The notes under the pieces: model-generated | Told to the model about the DNA's origin: nothing | Seen by the model: only the letters and a program-made list of their open reading frames with translations | The model's database searches: none | Source: a virus | Taxonomy: Duplodnaviria > Caudoviricetes | Virus record (IMG/VR): IMGVR_UViG_3300025141_000018 | DNA length: 64,000 bases | Strand: one strand, 5' to 3' | Made by a program: the position numbers and the translations under genes | In this document: positions 28,901 through 38,479 of the stretch, one piece after another | How the letters are laid out: every line of letters starts with the position of its first letter | Position numbering within the stretch: position 1 is the first letter of the stretch

Positions 28901-31900
28901 ATCATACGTAGGGGATGGCACTACAACGGCTTTTGCGTTACCAACCGGATGCACATATGGCACAACGCCAACAAGTCAAAATATTGAAATATATGTTAAC
29001 GACACAATACAATTACTTGGTACTCAAGCAGGTTACAACTATACTATTAGTTCTAACACAATTAACTTTAGACCCGATTCAATACCAGCAAATGAAAAAA
29101 TAATTTTAATTAGATATGCTGATGCAATTGAAGATAATTTTATACCACATACACCAGCAAGTTTAGGTATTAATAGATTATTTAAACCTTGTGTACGTAA
29201 TTTTACAAGTACAAATAAATCTGTTGTTACTCATGCACTTAAAATGCAAGCACTTAATAATGGGCCTCGTACAATTAAAATTCATGATGGATTTAATTAT
29301 TTTATACAAGGACATGATGGTAGTATGTATCCTGTAAGTGATCAAAATAATTTAACAAAATCGGAAAATGCACTATTAGAATTTGAACGAAGAATTTATA
29401 ATCAAGTACAAAAATATAATACATTTGATACAAACGGAATATATCATCTTTCTATTACTAAAGACTTACGACAAACTGCTCCTAAGTTAATTAGAAAAGA
29501 ATCAGGTGCTATTTGGCAAAAATTATTTAATATAGATCCATTTGAATTTACGTTTGATGTAACTGATAAATTTAGAGTAAATTATAATGATCTCAATAAT
29601 TCCGGTCATGCATTAGGACTTATTAAAGAAAAATTTGGAACTTCTCGACCAGACATTGAACCATGGAGAATACTTGGATATCAAAAATATCCTGAATGGT
29701 GGGAAACTTATTATACGTGGAAAGATACTGCTAATGGTGGTGACGATACAAAACGTGCAAATCTTATAACGGCTATTCAAGCAGGACATTATAATAGTCC
29801 GGGCGATTCAACTAAAAACTTTGATTCACGTTATGCAATTGATTCCACAATAGTAGGTAATATTGTTTCTGTTACAGGTGAATTACAAGATCCTGTTACT
29901 GCAGGTATTATTTCCCCAGCAAGTTTTAATACATTATCAAAAGGACAATTAGTAAAAAATTATGTATGGAATGATTACGGTCCAGTACAAAATGCATATG
30001 ATCATAGTAGTTTTGCTCGCTTTGTAGAAGTATTAGAGTTTTATGTTGGGTTTGCTAATGAATATGCATTTAGATATTTTGATTCACAGAAATTTAATAC
30101 GTCTGGTACTAATATAACAGACATAGATGGCGGAAGAACTACGTTTACAAATTATATAACAAATGGCGAGGTAACGTCAACCGGAACAGTAACGAAACAA
30201 ATTGGAATACAAAATTTATTGTTTGAGTTTATGTTATCACAAGGCAAAGATAATACATTATTTGGAAAAACACTACGGAACTTACAACCACATATCTTAT
30301 GTAAAACAAATAACTTTATTATTGATAATAGAACTGCTATAAAATTACCTATAAGTTTTAATTTACAATCAGGTAATACATTACCAGAAGAAAACCAGCA
30401 CATATTTTTATATGAAAGTCCGGCAACTGAAAGGTTTGTATACAGTCAAATAAAAGTAACAAAAGTTGCAACAGGCTTTAAATTAAGCACATATGATACT
30501 ATTGGTAGAGAAATAAAGTATTATGCTCCAAAGCCAGCAGTAATATCAACAGATGTTGTTAGTGCTAGTAAAATTCAAAAGAAACGATATACTACAACTG
30601 AAACTATATTAGATACACAAGTAGTTTTAAAAAATAATCAAGAAGTAGTCGATGTGCTAAGAGGAATATACAATTGGTATGAAGCCAGCGGCATAGCGAT
30701 GGACAAGTCATCAGATGCGGTTGTAAAACAATATATTGTTTGGGGCGAAGTAACACAAGCAATAGATAATAATGTTACAGTAAGTTTTTCGACAAGTAAA
30801 ATAACAGTTACTAAAACATCAGGTACAGTATTGTTAGATAGAGAGTTAGGTTATCAACATATTAATGGTTTTAAAACCACAGGTGGTATTATAAAAGATA
30901 ATGATGTAGAAGTATTTCGTACAGGACATGATTTTGAAATAACACATACAGCAGATGTTGGTTGTTTATATTTTAAAATATGTACATATGAACACGTAAT
31001 AGCAGTTGATAATACTACCCAATTTAATGATATTGTGTACAGTCCGTTATTAGGTATTAAACAGCCACGAGTTAGAATATCAACAATAGGTTTATTAGAC
31101 TGGACAGGACGACTTACCGAGCCAGGATACATGATTAAAAGTAATACTATTGAGCCTAATATTGAAACAAGTGTTAAGCAAATTAGTACTGATTACTTTG
31201 CAGTTGAACAAGGCATTGCTAATGAAGAATTATCTAAAGCATTGCGTTACAACATTGGTTATTCAGAAAAAGAATTTTTACGTAATATAAACACAGATAA
31301 TGATGTAAGTTTTGAATTTTATAGAGGGTATATCCAAAATAAAGGTACTAACGAAAACTTTAATCGTTTACAAAGAAACAAAAATACACTATACAATGAT
31401 AGCAATAGTGTAACATCTATTAACGAAGAATGGATGATTAAAGAAGATGATTTTGGTGCTACACGTGAAAATGAAACATTAGAATTTGTTGTACAACCCA
31501 GAGATTTTAATCAGGAACGACAATTAATAGAATTTTCTAAGTATCGAGATCCTTCAAACAAAGATCTTAAAGCAGATACTAAAATTGAAATACTTGCTAA
31601 TGATGCAAGATGGGTATGGAAACCAACTGATTTAAGTACGGGTGCTGAAAATTGGTGGGATGATTATACATCTGAAATTTTTAGAGTTACAGTTTCAAAA
31701 ATTGGACTTAAAAATGTATTTCAACTTGATGGAGTAGTTCGTCCAATACTTGTTTTAAATAAAGGCAAAAAATATAGATTTGATAGTACCGATTCTTCTG
31801 TTGACAACGATGCATTGCTATTTTCAACTACACCAAATGGTACACATAATAGCGGAACCACTTATAGTACAACAGTAAAATACTTTTTAGAAGGCGTTGA

Positions 31901-34900
31901 AAAAAATAAAGCAGATTATCTTGCAGGACATTCAACTGCTACTTCACGATACATAGAAGTAGTGCCTACATCAGATACTGGTGATAGATTATATTATTAT
32001 AGTAATAGTAATTCTGATATGGGTATGACACTAATCATAACGAATAATGAATATGGTTTTAATACAGATATATTTTATGATCGGGCCATGTATACGTGGA
32101 ATATGGCTGAAGCAGAAAGACGACAATATACCCGATGGCAAAAAACAGAAGATCCAGAGGGTGATCTTCCGTATTCAGGCTATGCATTATTAAGTGAAGC
32201 AGATCATTATGTACAAAAATTAACTGATATACCAGATTTATATAGTAAGTTAAGTCTTACATCATATACAGAATGGTCGGCGGCAAGTAATTATAATAAA
32301 GGCGACAAAGTACGTTATAAAGGTAAACTGTGGGAAGCACAACTCGGAATGACAAGTTATGATGGTAAAAGTTGTGCAGTAAAAGGAGCAGATCAAAGCG
32401 GTGATACAATTACTGTTGATGGATTAACACAAAAGCCATTAATAGGTACGTTATTAACATGGGTAGGTGCTGATGTTGATGAAACTGTTCCAACGCAAAC
32501 ACATCATGTAGAAGAAGTAGAAAACTGGGATGCAACTGCTGGATCAGCAGACTTAGTTATATACCCACAGAAAGTAACAAAATCATCAGATAATGCTTCA
32601 ATTACATTAAATGTACCAACACCAGCATTATGGATAATAGACGGAACAGGATACGAAGGATTTTATTTAGATGAACCTAACTGGTTAGCAGTCGAAGATA
32701 CACTTGGTAATTCAAGAATTTGGGTTAATCAATATGATGATAAGGGCTGGAATATTTTACAGTTAATGGATTATGATAATACTACATTTACAAGCCAAAC
32801 AACAACAGCAACATTAGAACCTACAAATGCTATTATAGAAATTTGTAAAGGAGTTGTTACTGGAGATGAAGCACAAATACAAACTAAAGGCAATCATAAT
32901 CTTAAAAAAGGTGATTATGTAGTAATTACCGGAGTTGCAACTGCTAATACAAATGTAAACGGCATACACAAAGTTATTGGATTTCCAACTGGAAGTAACA
33001 ACGATGGCTCGTTAAGAGCAACAGACCACTTTTTAATTGACGAATATGCTTCGGAAACATCAACAATAACAGAAGGTAAGATGTTTGCATTTAAACCAAC
33101 ACGTTTTCAAACAACTGCACAATTAACAGCCACCACATCAAATGCAGAATACTTTTGGAGAGATGGTGCTATTGCATATGTTGATTATGATGCTACGTAT
33201 AGAGGATGGGCAGTATATCAACATAATAGGCTACATGCATTAACTGTATTCTTAAAATATAATGCAGATAATTATCAAGAGGCAGTTAATAAATGTTACG
33301 GGTGGGGACCATTATCTGATTCCACACTAGGACAACCTGTTATTAGATATCAACAGTCAAAAATTGATGAAAGAAATATTGATAGAGTTATTTTATATAA
33401 TGGTGACACAAATAAAAAACTTGCTGAATGCGAATTGTATGACCCATTTAAAGGTATTATACCAGGCGAAGCAGATAAAAATATAGATTATAAGAGCCTA
33501 TGGGATCCTGCAAATTATAGTAATTCAACAGATACAACGTATACAGGTGATGATACAACTCACTGGGCAACTGAAAAAGAAGGTTTAATTTGGTGGGACC
33601 TTAATAATGTAGGTTATATTGAATATGAACAATCTACTTTAACTTATAGAAATAATTATTGGGGCAAAGAATTTCCGGCTTCAAGCATTGATGTGTACGA
33701 ATGGACAAAAAGTTCTATAGATCCAGAAGCATGGTCGACTACCGCCGAAGGTACAGTTAAAGATGATATAGAAGTAAGCGGAACACCATATTCTATAACA
33801 GTTGAAAATAACACACATTATTATTATACAGTAGAAGACGAAATAGATGCAAATGGTGATTTAAAAACTTATTATTACTTCTGGGTAAAAAATAAAACAT
33901 ATGCAATAAATGCTAATAAATCATTAAGCACATTTGATATTGCTCGATACATAAAAGATCCAACTAATATGGGAGTTAAGTGGTGTGCCCCTATTGCTCC
34001 TAATGCATTAACAATAGCAAACGTTGAAGATTTAATTGAGACTAATACAGTCGTACAAGTTAGATTTAATATTAGTGAAAAATCTACACATGATGAATGG
34101 CAGACTATATACGAAAATGATAGCAGTGAAAAATTACCAGAAAAATATAAAGCAAGATTACTAGATAACTTAATAGGATTTTCTTCAGATTATTCAACAC
34201 ATTTAATTTGGACTTTACGAACAGATTATAGTGCATTATACAAGTATAATAGTGGTGATGTTGTAATGGCTAATAATCAATACTGGGAAGTATTGATTGA
34301 TCATATGGGCGGTAACATTAGTACTGCATTATCTGCAAATAAAGTAAAATTATTACAAGAAGCAGATTCTAACGGCACATTCAATAAAGGTGATACAGTT
34401 TTATATAGTGCTAATTATTATGAGTGTTTTAAAACTCATAATTTAGGTGAAGATCCGGGCTTACCAGGATCAGGAATAACAGGATCAGAACTACCGGAAG
34501 GTGTTTGGTATCCATGGACAACCATAAATGCTAGTACAAATTTTGCAAGTTATGTTGCTCCGGCAACTACTTCGTTTGCGTTTCAACCTTGGAAAATTGT
34601 ATATGATTTAGAAGATACCGACGTTGAAGTAATTACTGCATCCGCTAATACAAATTACAAAAAACGTAATAAACGATTAGAATTACCTGACACCGCTTTA
34701 CATCCGTATGCTAGATATGGAAATGAAATACGGCCTAGACAAAGTTGGTTTAAAAATAGAGCCGCCGCTAAAAGAGAATTTATTGACGGTGCTAATGTAA
34801 TATTAAAAGAAATTAACATAGTTGATAATGTTGGTTATTGGAGAACAACTGGTACTATTGTTTTGGATATGCAAAAGACAACATATACAAAAGGACTACA

Positions 34901-36734
34901 TACATATAACCCAACAACATATTGGCAGTATATTGATTGGCAGGATTCTTCTGTAACAGTCGAATCAAGCTCGGAAATTGTTGCTGACGAAGCAACATTT
35001 GCAGAATTAGATGCTACAACATATACAATAAACAGTATAATTGAAATTAGTGATGACGGGTCCGGCAGGAGAGAATGGTTCCAGGTACAAAAAATTGGTG
35101 ATACACAGAAGTTTGTATTAGTTAAAAAAGAAAATGCAACAATAGAAATATTAGATACATTATGGCAAACATCTAGTACAGGATACGACAGCGATATATT
35201 TGATTTTTATGGATTTGATAATGATGCTGAAGTAGAATTTGAAATTATTGCAAATGACTTATTACTAAAAATATTTTCAAAGGCATACGAATCTCGATTC
35301 AATACTATGTTTTTTAATATGTTGCGTTATGTATTACAAGAACAAAATTTTGTTCCTTGGATGCAAAAAACTAGTGAAAATAAATTTAGGCTTGTAAGTA
35401 AAGGCGACATACAACCTGGTAGTTATAATGTTGAAAATACACAAAATACAATAGATTATTATAATGAAACAAAGCCTTATCACTCTAAGTTAGATAAAGA
35501 GTTATTTTCTAAACATATGTTTGATATGCAAAATATAACACTATCTGAGATAGATGGTAGAGCTGGAACATATGGAAATGCATTAACACATGTTGCAAAT
35601 ATACAAATTATGCATGGTGAAGTTGATTCATACGTATATGAATATACTATGGTAGAAGATTTACATCCAAGTCGTCCGGGTAGAGATTTAGATTATGTTA
35701 AAATTCCTTGGAATGATTTTACATCAACTATGGGCGGTACAACAATATCGTGGAATCCAGGAAGTGCAATTATTGCAGTATATGTAAATGGCACACTACG
35801 TGATGCATCAACATACGAAGATATGTATATGGTTGATGGTCGTGTTGTAAACTTTAATTCTAAATTAACTGCTGGTGATAAAGTTAATATTTTATTTAAT
35901 ATAACCAAAAAATATTCAGAAGGTAATTTACACCCCGAAGGTGTAGATATATCTACTAATAGTATTGGCGGTGATTACATAGGATATGCAAATGCCTCAT
36001 TTACAGAAGCAGAACCAGCCACAATATTCGATGGAGATGCATTTACTACACTAACCGATCCTACTGATATTATAGATGCTAGTGGATTTTATACTGCAAC
36101 AGCATGGAATAATTGGAATAACGAAATGATACCAAGTTTCTTACGTGAAACAGTAGAAATAAGAGTACAAAGTAATCATTCAGGTAGTACTGTTATAACA
36201 GGATCAACATGGAGTGCTACACGATCTTGGAAAAATATAATACAGGATAGAGAAAATCATCAAAGATTTATGATTATAGAAGATAAAGGTATTACATTAA
36301 GTGGTAATATAACTGCTGATGCAACAGAATTAATAGTAAGTTCGACAACAGGCATTGTAGGCCCAACAATTGACGAGCAGGGTGGTGTTGATAATGTATT
36401 TTATTTAGATTACTTTCCTGGAAGAATATGGATTGACAATGAATGTATAGAATTTGATAAAATGATTGGATCAACGTTTTATAATTTAAGGCGCGGAATG
36501 CTAGGCACAAGTGCAGTAGCTCATACATCCGGTGCCAAAGTAAAAGATGCAAATAAATTAAAAGAAATAAATGTAAATAGATGGGAAAGTACAAATCCAT
36601 TAATATCTGCTCCTAACCAACGTAACTTAGGATTTCCACGTATACCACAATGGAATGATTTAGGAGCAAGAATAAACAATAGTACGAATGATTTAGCAAT
36701 AAAGCTCAAGGGCTATCATGGTACGATAACTTGA
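25956..36734 (+). CDS. Giant baseplate wedge / fibre structural protein (gp7/VrlC-like, 3592 aa)
   Basis: LLPSYLRTDTNKK start, WSPPIDHDKFINYEQYYW, NPWSRSNYW and KPYHSK motifs. Follows gp6. Contains several short W/Y-rich carbohydrate-binding-like modules. Confidence 0.7.
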   Translation: MADIPHVPKVIKDTTKPGTNKAVERKEFSNLLPSYLRTDTNKKVLSTILDFLMSNGNTRQYSQYYGRAKGGYHTATQDEIANLLNEWQKNYSFSPGWFSQDPGTKEIQLSLTQDDAYTELKRHGVNDKDWNDVFEHSAYSWSPPIDHDKFINYEQYYWINWALVLDVPTLGSGGSVINEITANVTTREGVSVALETGMGLKNLGNFHFKVSGVGDSIRLDERQAADIITRIGTTREQHEADYITIGLGATNGNPWSRSNYWMHEDTLKAMEIGCAWSASVTYAADDIVSRDGEFRIAKQIGGNINQDPLSDNTLTYWGPGIKVLDPGARATRPIIEFNKDIEIYNHGFDHAAEVGHITSASIADIVGKSSYSYKSGADDVSFGNGQSVLFINSTTDINNKMYTIGGVGSAITLTGEKTFTTGQSVLTHKRDTGTSATKIYMGSRYHFNGTTFVTSQQKTARGQAPLFNLYDKDNVLLDNTTKYPDSNFAGSNVFTYATDTTGTTDTELNFNPVIETIGLQVADLYASNNDYVFDWDQSKKEYQYKSNNVVTEIAGIYYTKIGSQYQSGWHESNYEAYTPVIQDIEVGSTTSDTRYSGCVTGTVGLNGKYEIDTGTNTPYYSREFYVHFEGNKFSWFVKKNGRYHQIPAEPNETNPKLYFPSGKDITINYYSEIEGFKITDPTGTVPASGITNNNATSGTITINIDKATYPVLRYNAYPTSTVYGEIYLFDEKQEHGRPLVYRNGIIQKEGTQVQAEAQTADWYLSGSKITFPFFTTEGSQGRTVTFDSVTGDYIIPSETSNELLEVTTIQEKDVINIEYYIDEPRATDVWDDCAPLTKNPNWENPASLSYGKLYKHFTTCLRKQPLLEGASSGKNNSRNIRSFNTIPGTILQYKNPALISGLILDNPFAPIMQSIFWYAQQYEVFKFKLLNAFDNAMLGKDYTLLSHRELLDDALIALTKGKTKGFSFSLTNHVAYKGYTEKSYVGDGTTTAFALPTGCTYGTTPTSQNIEIYVNDTIQLLGTQAGYNYTISSNTINFRPDSIPANEKIILIRYADAIEDNFIPHTPASLGINRLFKPCVRNFTSTNKSVVTHALKMQALNNGPRTIKIHDGFNYFIQGHDGSMYPVSDQNNLTKSENALLEFERRIYNQVQKYNTFDTNGIYHLSITKDLRQTAPKLIRKESGAIWQKLFNIDPFEFTFDVTDKFRVNYNDLNNSGHALGLIKEKFGTSRPDIEPWRILGYQKYPEWWETYYTWKDTANGGDDTKRANLITAIQAGHYNSPGDSTKNFDSRYAIDSTIVGNIVSVTGELQDPVTAGIISPASFNTLSKGQLVKNYVWNDYGPVQNAYDHSSFARFVEVLEFYVGFANEYAFRYFDSQKFNTSGTNITDIDGGRTTFTNYITNGEVTSTGTVTKQIGIQNLLFEFMLSQGKDNTLFGKTLRNLQPHILCKTNNFIIDNRTAIKLPISFNLQSGNTLPEENQHIFLYESPATERFVYSQIKVTKVATGFKLSTYDTIGREIKYYAPKPAVISTDVVSASKIQKKRYTTTETILDTQVVLKNNQEVVDVLRGIYNWYEASGIAMDKSSDAVVKQYIVWGEVTQAIDNNVTVSFSTSKITVTKTSGTVLLDRELGYQHINGFKTTGGIIKDNDVEVFRTGHDFEITHTADVGCLYFKICTYEHVIAVDNTTQFNDIVYSPLLGIKQPRVRISTIGLLDWTGRLTEPGYMIKSNTIEPNIETSVKQISTDYFAVEQGIANEELSKALRYNIGYSEKEFLRNINTDNDVSFEFYRGYIQNKGTNENFNRLQRNKNTLYNDSNSVTSINEEWMIKEDDFGATRENETLEFVVQPRDFNQERQLIEFSKYRDPSNKDLKADTKIEILANDARWVWKPTDLSTGAENWWDDYTSEIFRVTVSKIGLKNVFQLDGVVRPILVLNKGKKYRFDSTDSSVDNDALLFSTTPNGTHNSGTTYSTTVKYFLEGVEKNKADYLAGHSTATSRYIEVVPTSDTGDRLYYYSNSNSDMGMTLIITNNEYGFNTDIFYDRAMYTWNMAEAERRQYTRWQKTEDPEGDLPYSGYALLSEADHYVQKLTDIPDLYSKLSLTSYTEWSAASNYNKGDKVRYKGKLWEAQLGMTSYDGKSCAVKGADQSGDTITVDGLTQKPLIGTLLTWVGADVDETVPTQTHHVEEVENWDATAGSADLVIYPQKVTKSSDNASITLNVPTPALWIIDGTGYEGFYLDEPNWLAVEDTLGNSRIWVNQYDDKGWNILQLMDYDNTTFTSQTTTATLEPTNAIIEICKGVVTGDEAQIQTKGNHNLKKGDYVVITGVATANTNVNGIHKVIGFPTGSNNDGSLRATDHFLIDEYASETSTITEGKMFAFKPTRFQTTAQLTATTSNAEYFWRDGAIAYVDYDATYRGWAVYQHNRLHALTVFLKYNADNYQEAVNKCYGWGPLSDSTLGQPVIRYQQSKIDERNIDRVILYNGDTNKKLAECELYDPFKGIIPGEADKNIDYKSLWDPANYSNSTDTTYTGDDTTHWATEKEGLIWWDLNNVGYIEYEQSTLTYRNNYWGKEFPASSIDVYEWTKSSIDPEAWSTTAEGTVKDDIEVSGTPYSITVENNTHYYYTVEDEIDANGDLKTYYYFWVKNKTYAINANKSLSTFDIARYIKDPTNMGVKWCAPIAPNALTIANVEDLIETNTVVQVRFNISEKSTHDEWQTIYENDSSEKLPEKYKARLLDNLIGFSSDYSTHLIWTLRTDYSALYKYNSGDVVMANNQYWEVLIDHMGGNISTALSANKVKLLQEADSNGTFNKGDTVLYSANYYECFKTHNLGEDPGLPGSGITGSELPEGVWYPWTTINASTNFASYVAPATTSFAFQPWKIVYDLEDTDVEVITASANTNYKKRNKRLELPDTALHPYARYGNEIRPRQSWFKNRAAAKREFIDGANVILKEINIVDNVGYWRTTGTIVLDMQKTTYTKGLHTYNPTTYWQYIDWQDSSVTVESSSEIVADEATFAELDATTYTINSIIEISDDGSGRREWFQVQKIGDTQKFVLVKKENATIEILDTLWQTSSTGYDSDIFDFYGFDNDAEVEFEIIANDLLLKIFSKAYESRFNTMFFNMLRYVLQEQNFVPWMQKTSENKFRLVSKGDIQPGSYNVENTQNTIDYYNETKPYHSKLDKELFSKHMFDMQNITLSEIDGRAGTYGNALTHVANIQIMHGEVDSYVYEYTMVEDLHPSRPGRDLDYVKIPWNDFTSTMGGTTISWNPGSAIIAVYVNGTLRDASTYEDMYMVDGRVVNFNSKLTAGDKVNILFNITKKYSEGNLHPEGVDISTNSIGGDYIGYANASFTEAEPATIFDGDAFTTLTDPTDIIDASGFYTATAWNNWNNEMIPSFLRETVEIRVQSNHSGSTVITGSTWSATRSWKNIIQDRENHQRFMIIEDKGITLSGNITADATELIVSSTTGIVGPTIDEQGGVDNVFYLDYFPGRIWIDNECIEFDKMIGSTFYNLRRGMLGTSAVAHTSGAKVKDANKLKEINVNRWESTNPLISAPNQRNLGFPRIPQWNDLGARINNSTNDLAIKLKGYHGTIT

Positions 36735-36737
36735 TGC

Positions 36738-36743
36738 TAAATA
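36738..36743 (+). promoter_or_regulatory. Late promoter core
   Basis: TAAATA ~19 nt before ATG 36763, with AAGGA RBS between. Confidence 0.45.
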
Positions 36744-36762
36744 TTAATAACAAGGACGAATA

Positions 36763-37389
36763 ATGTTTTTAGATACAGTAACTCCGCTAGTAGAAGGACA
36801 CATACTCATAAAGGATCTCGACTCTGGTCGTGTTCTCGTTAATAAACGAAATAAAATTAATTTCGAGAATATGAGTATTACCTTAGCAAATGCGGCCGCA
36901 AATAAAGGGCAATCTATTTGGGAAATGCACTTTGGAAATGGTGGAACCAACGTTGATTCTGCAGGAGCAATAACATATAAATCTACAAATACTGATACTG
37001 CATCGGGTAGTTTGTATAATGGAAAGTTTTATAAAGTTATAGATGCAACAGACAGTAATAACACTGATTCAAGTGCGAATTATTTAACAGTAAATCACAC
37101 TAACGGCCAAAATTATACAGATATTGTTGCTACATGCACAATGGCTTATGGAGAACCGGTAGCATCCGATACAACATTTAATTTAGCAGGAGTTGATCAA
37201 GGAACATTAGATAATAATGCAAGTGTTAGTGGTACATTTGTATTTGATGAACTGGGTTTAAGGGCAAGACATACAGGCGGTACATTAGGTGCAGGAAATT
37301 TACTTAGTCATGTTGTGTTTCATCCAGTTGAAAAGTCATCAAATAGAATTATACAAACAATTTATACAATAAGAATAAGGTGCGGTTGA
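36763..37389 (+). CDS. Virion structural protein (baseplate/fibre-associated)
   Basis: EGHILIKD, MHFGNGGT, FVFDELGL, HVVFHPVEKSSNR motifs. Located in the tail module. Confidence 0.6.
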   Translation: MFLDTVTPLVEGHILIKDLDSGRVLVNKRNKINFENMSITLANAAANKGQSIWEMHFGNGGTNVDSAGAITYKSTNTDTASGSLYNGKFYKVIDATDSNNTDSSANYLTVNHTNGQNYTDIVATCTMAYGEPVASDTTFNLAGVDQGTLDNNASVSGTFVFDELGLRARHTGGTLGAGNLLSHVVFHPVEKSSNRIIQTIYTIRIRCG

Positions 37390-37390
37390 T

Positions 37391-38467
37391 ATGGCATACA
37401 CAATAACAGGAGCAGATGGTTCAGTAGTTGCAACTATCTCTGATGGTACAACAGATACGACGTCTACGCCATTAACTCTTGTAGGAAAAAATAGTACAAA
37501 CTATGGGTTACATCTTAATACGAACATGGTTTCGTTATTAAATAACTTCTCAAGTTCAACAAATCCTACAAATGCAATAATTGGCCAAATGTGGTTTGAT
37601 AGTGGTAATAATCGATTAAAATACCTAGATACTGGTCGCAATTGGAGAATTACACCAAACTTAGTTGTTTCGGGCACACAACCAACTAACCAGCAACAAG
37701 GTGATTTTTGGCTCGATTCAACAGATAATGTTCTTAAAGTATATTCAGGATCGACATATAGTTCAATGGGATTAGGATCAAGTAGTGCTGGTTCTGTTGT
37801 TGCTAAAACAATAAATGATAGCACGGGTTCAGCAAAAGCAATTATGGAATTTATTGCTAGTAATAAAACTATGTTTATAATGACCTCCGAGAATCAGTTT
37901 ACTCCATCATCTACTGCTACACAAGCCGACGGCACTTTGTATACTGCAAATTTTCCAATAATTAAACCAGGAATAAATTTACGGCAAGATACAACAATGA
38001 ATCCAAGGTATTGGGGAATAGCAAGTAGTTCTGAATATGCTGATTTGGCAGAAAGATATGAAGCCGATGCCAATTACGAGCCTGGTACTGTAATGATGCT
38101 AGGAGGTACAAAAGAAGTTACGCAAACTACTGCCAAAGGCCAGCTAAATGTTATAGGAGTTGTGTCAACTGCACCAGCATACTTAATGAATTCAGAAGCA
38201 GGAACAGATGCGACGCATCCTCAAATAGCAATGATGGGAAGAATTCCATGCAAAGTAGTAGGAAAAATTAACAAATTTGACGTAATGGTAACCAGTAATA
38301 CACCAGGAGTTGCAACATCAATAAGTGGACTAATGACCCGTGAAGCATATACTAAGTATAGTAGTCAAATTGATTCAGAATTTAAAATTGGTTTTGCTAA
38401 AGCATTAGAAAGTTATGATAGTACCAGCGTTGGATCAATTGAAGTAATGATTATGCGATCGTTTTAA
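37391..38467 (+). CDS. Tail fibre-like protein
   Basis: MAYTI..DG, LTLVGKN...YG...N.N...LL.NF, GQMWFD N-terminus. C-terminal YADLAERYEADANYEPGTV module. Confidence 0.7.
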   Translation: MAYTITGADGSVVATISDGTTDTTSTPLTLVGKNSTNYGLHLNTNMVSLLNNFSSSTNPTNAIIGQMWFDSGNNRLKYLDTGRNWRITPNLVVSGTQPTNQQQGDFWLDSTDNVLKVYSGSTYSSMGLGSSSAGSVVAKTINDSTGSAKAIMEFIASNKTMFIMTSENQFTPSSTATQADGTLYTANFPIIKPGINLRQDTTMNPRYWGIASSSEYADLAERYEADANYEPGTVMMLGGTKEVTQTTAKGQLNVIGVVSTAPAYLMNSEAGTDATHPQIAMMGRIPCKVVGKINKFDVMVTSNTPGVATSISGLMTREAYTKYSSQIDSEFKIGFAKALESYDSTSVGSIEVMIMRSF

Positions 38468-38479
38468 AAGGAAAATTTC

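Noticed and set aside
7724-36734. Inteins or self-splicing introns in gp46, gp47, gp55, gp6 or the giant protein
   Set aside because: No intein N-/C-terminal motifs or LAGLIDADG/HNH blocks were noticed, and the reading frames are uninterrupted.
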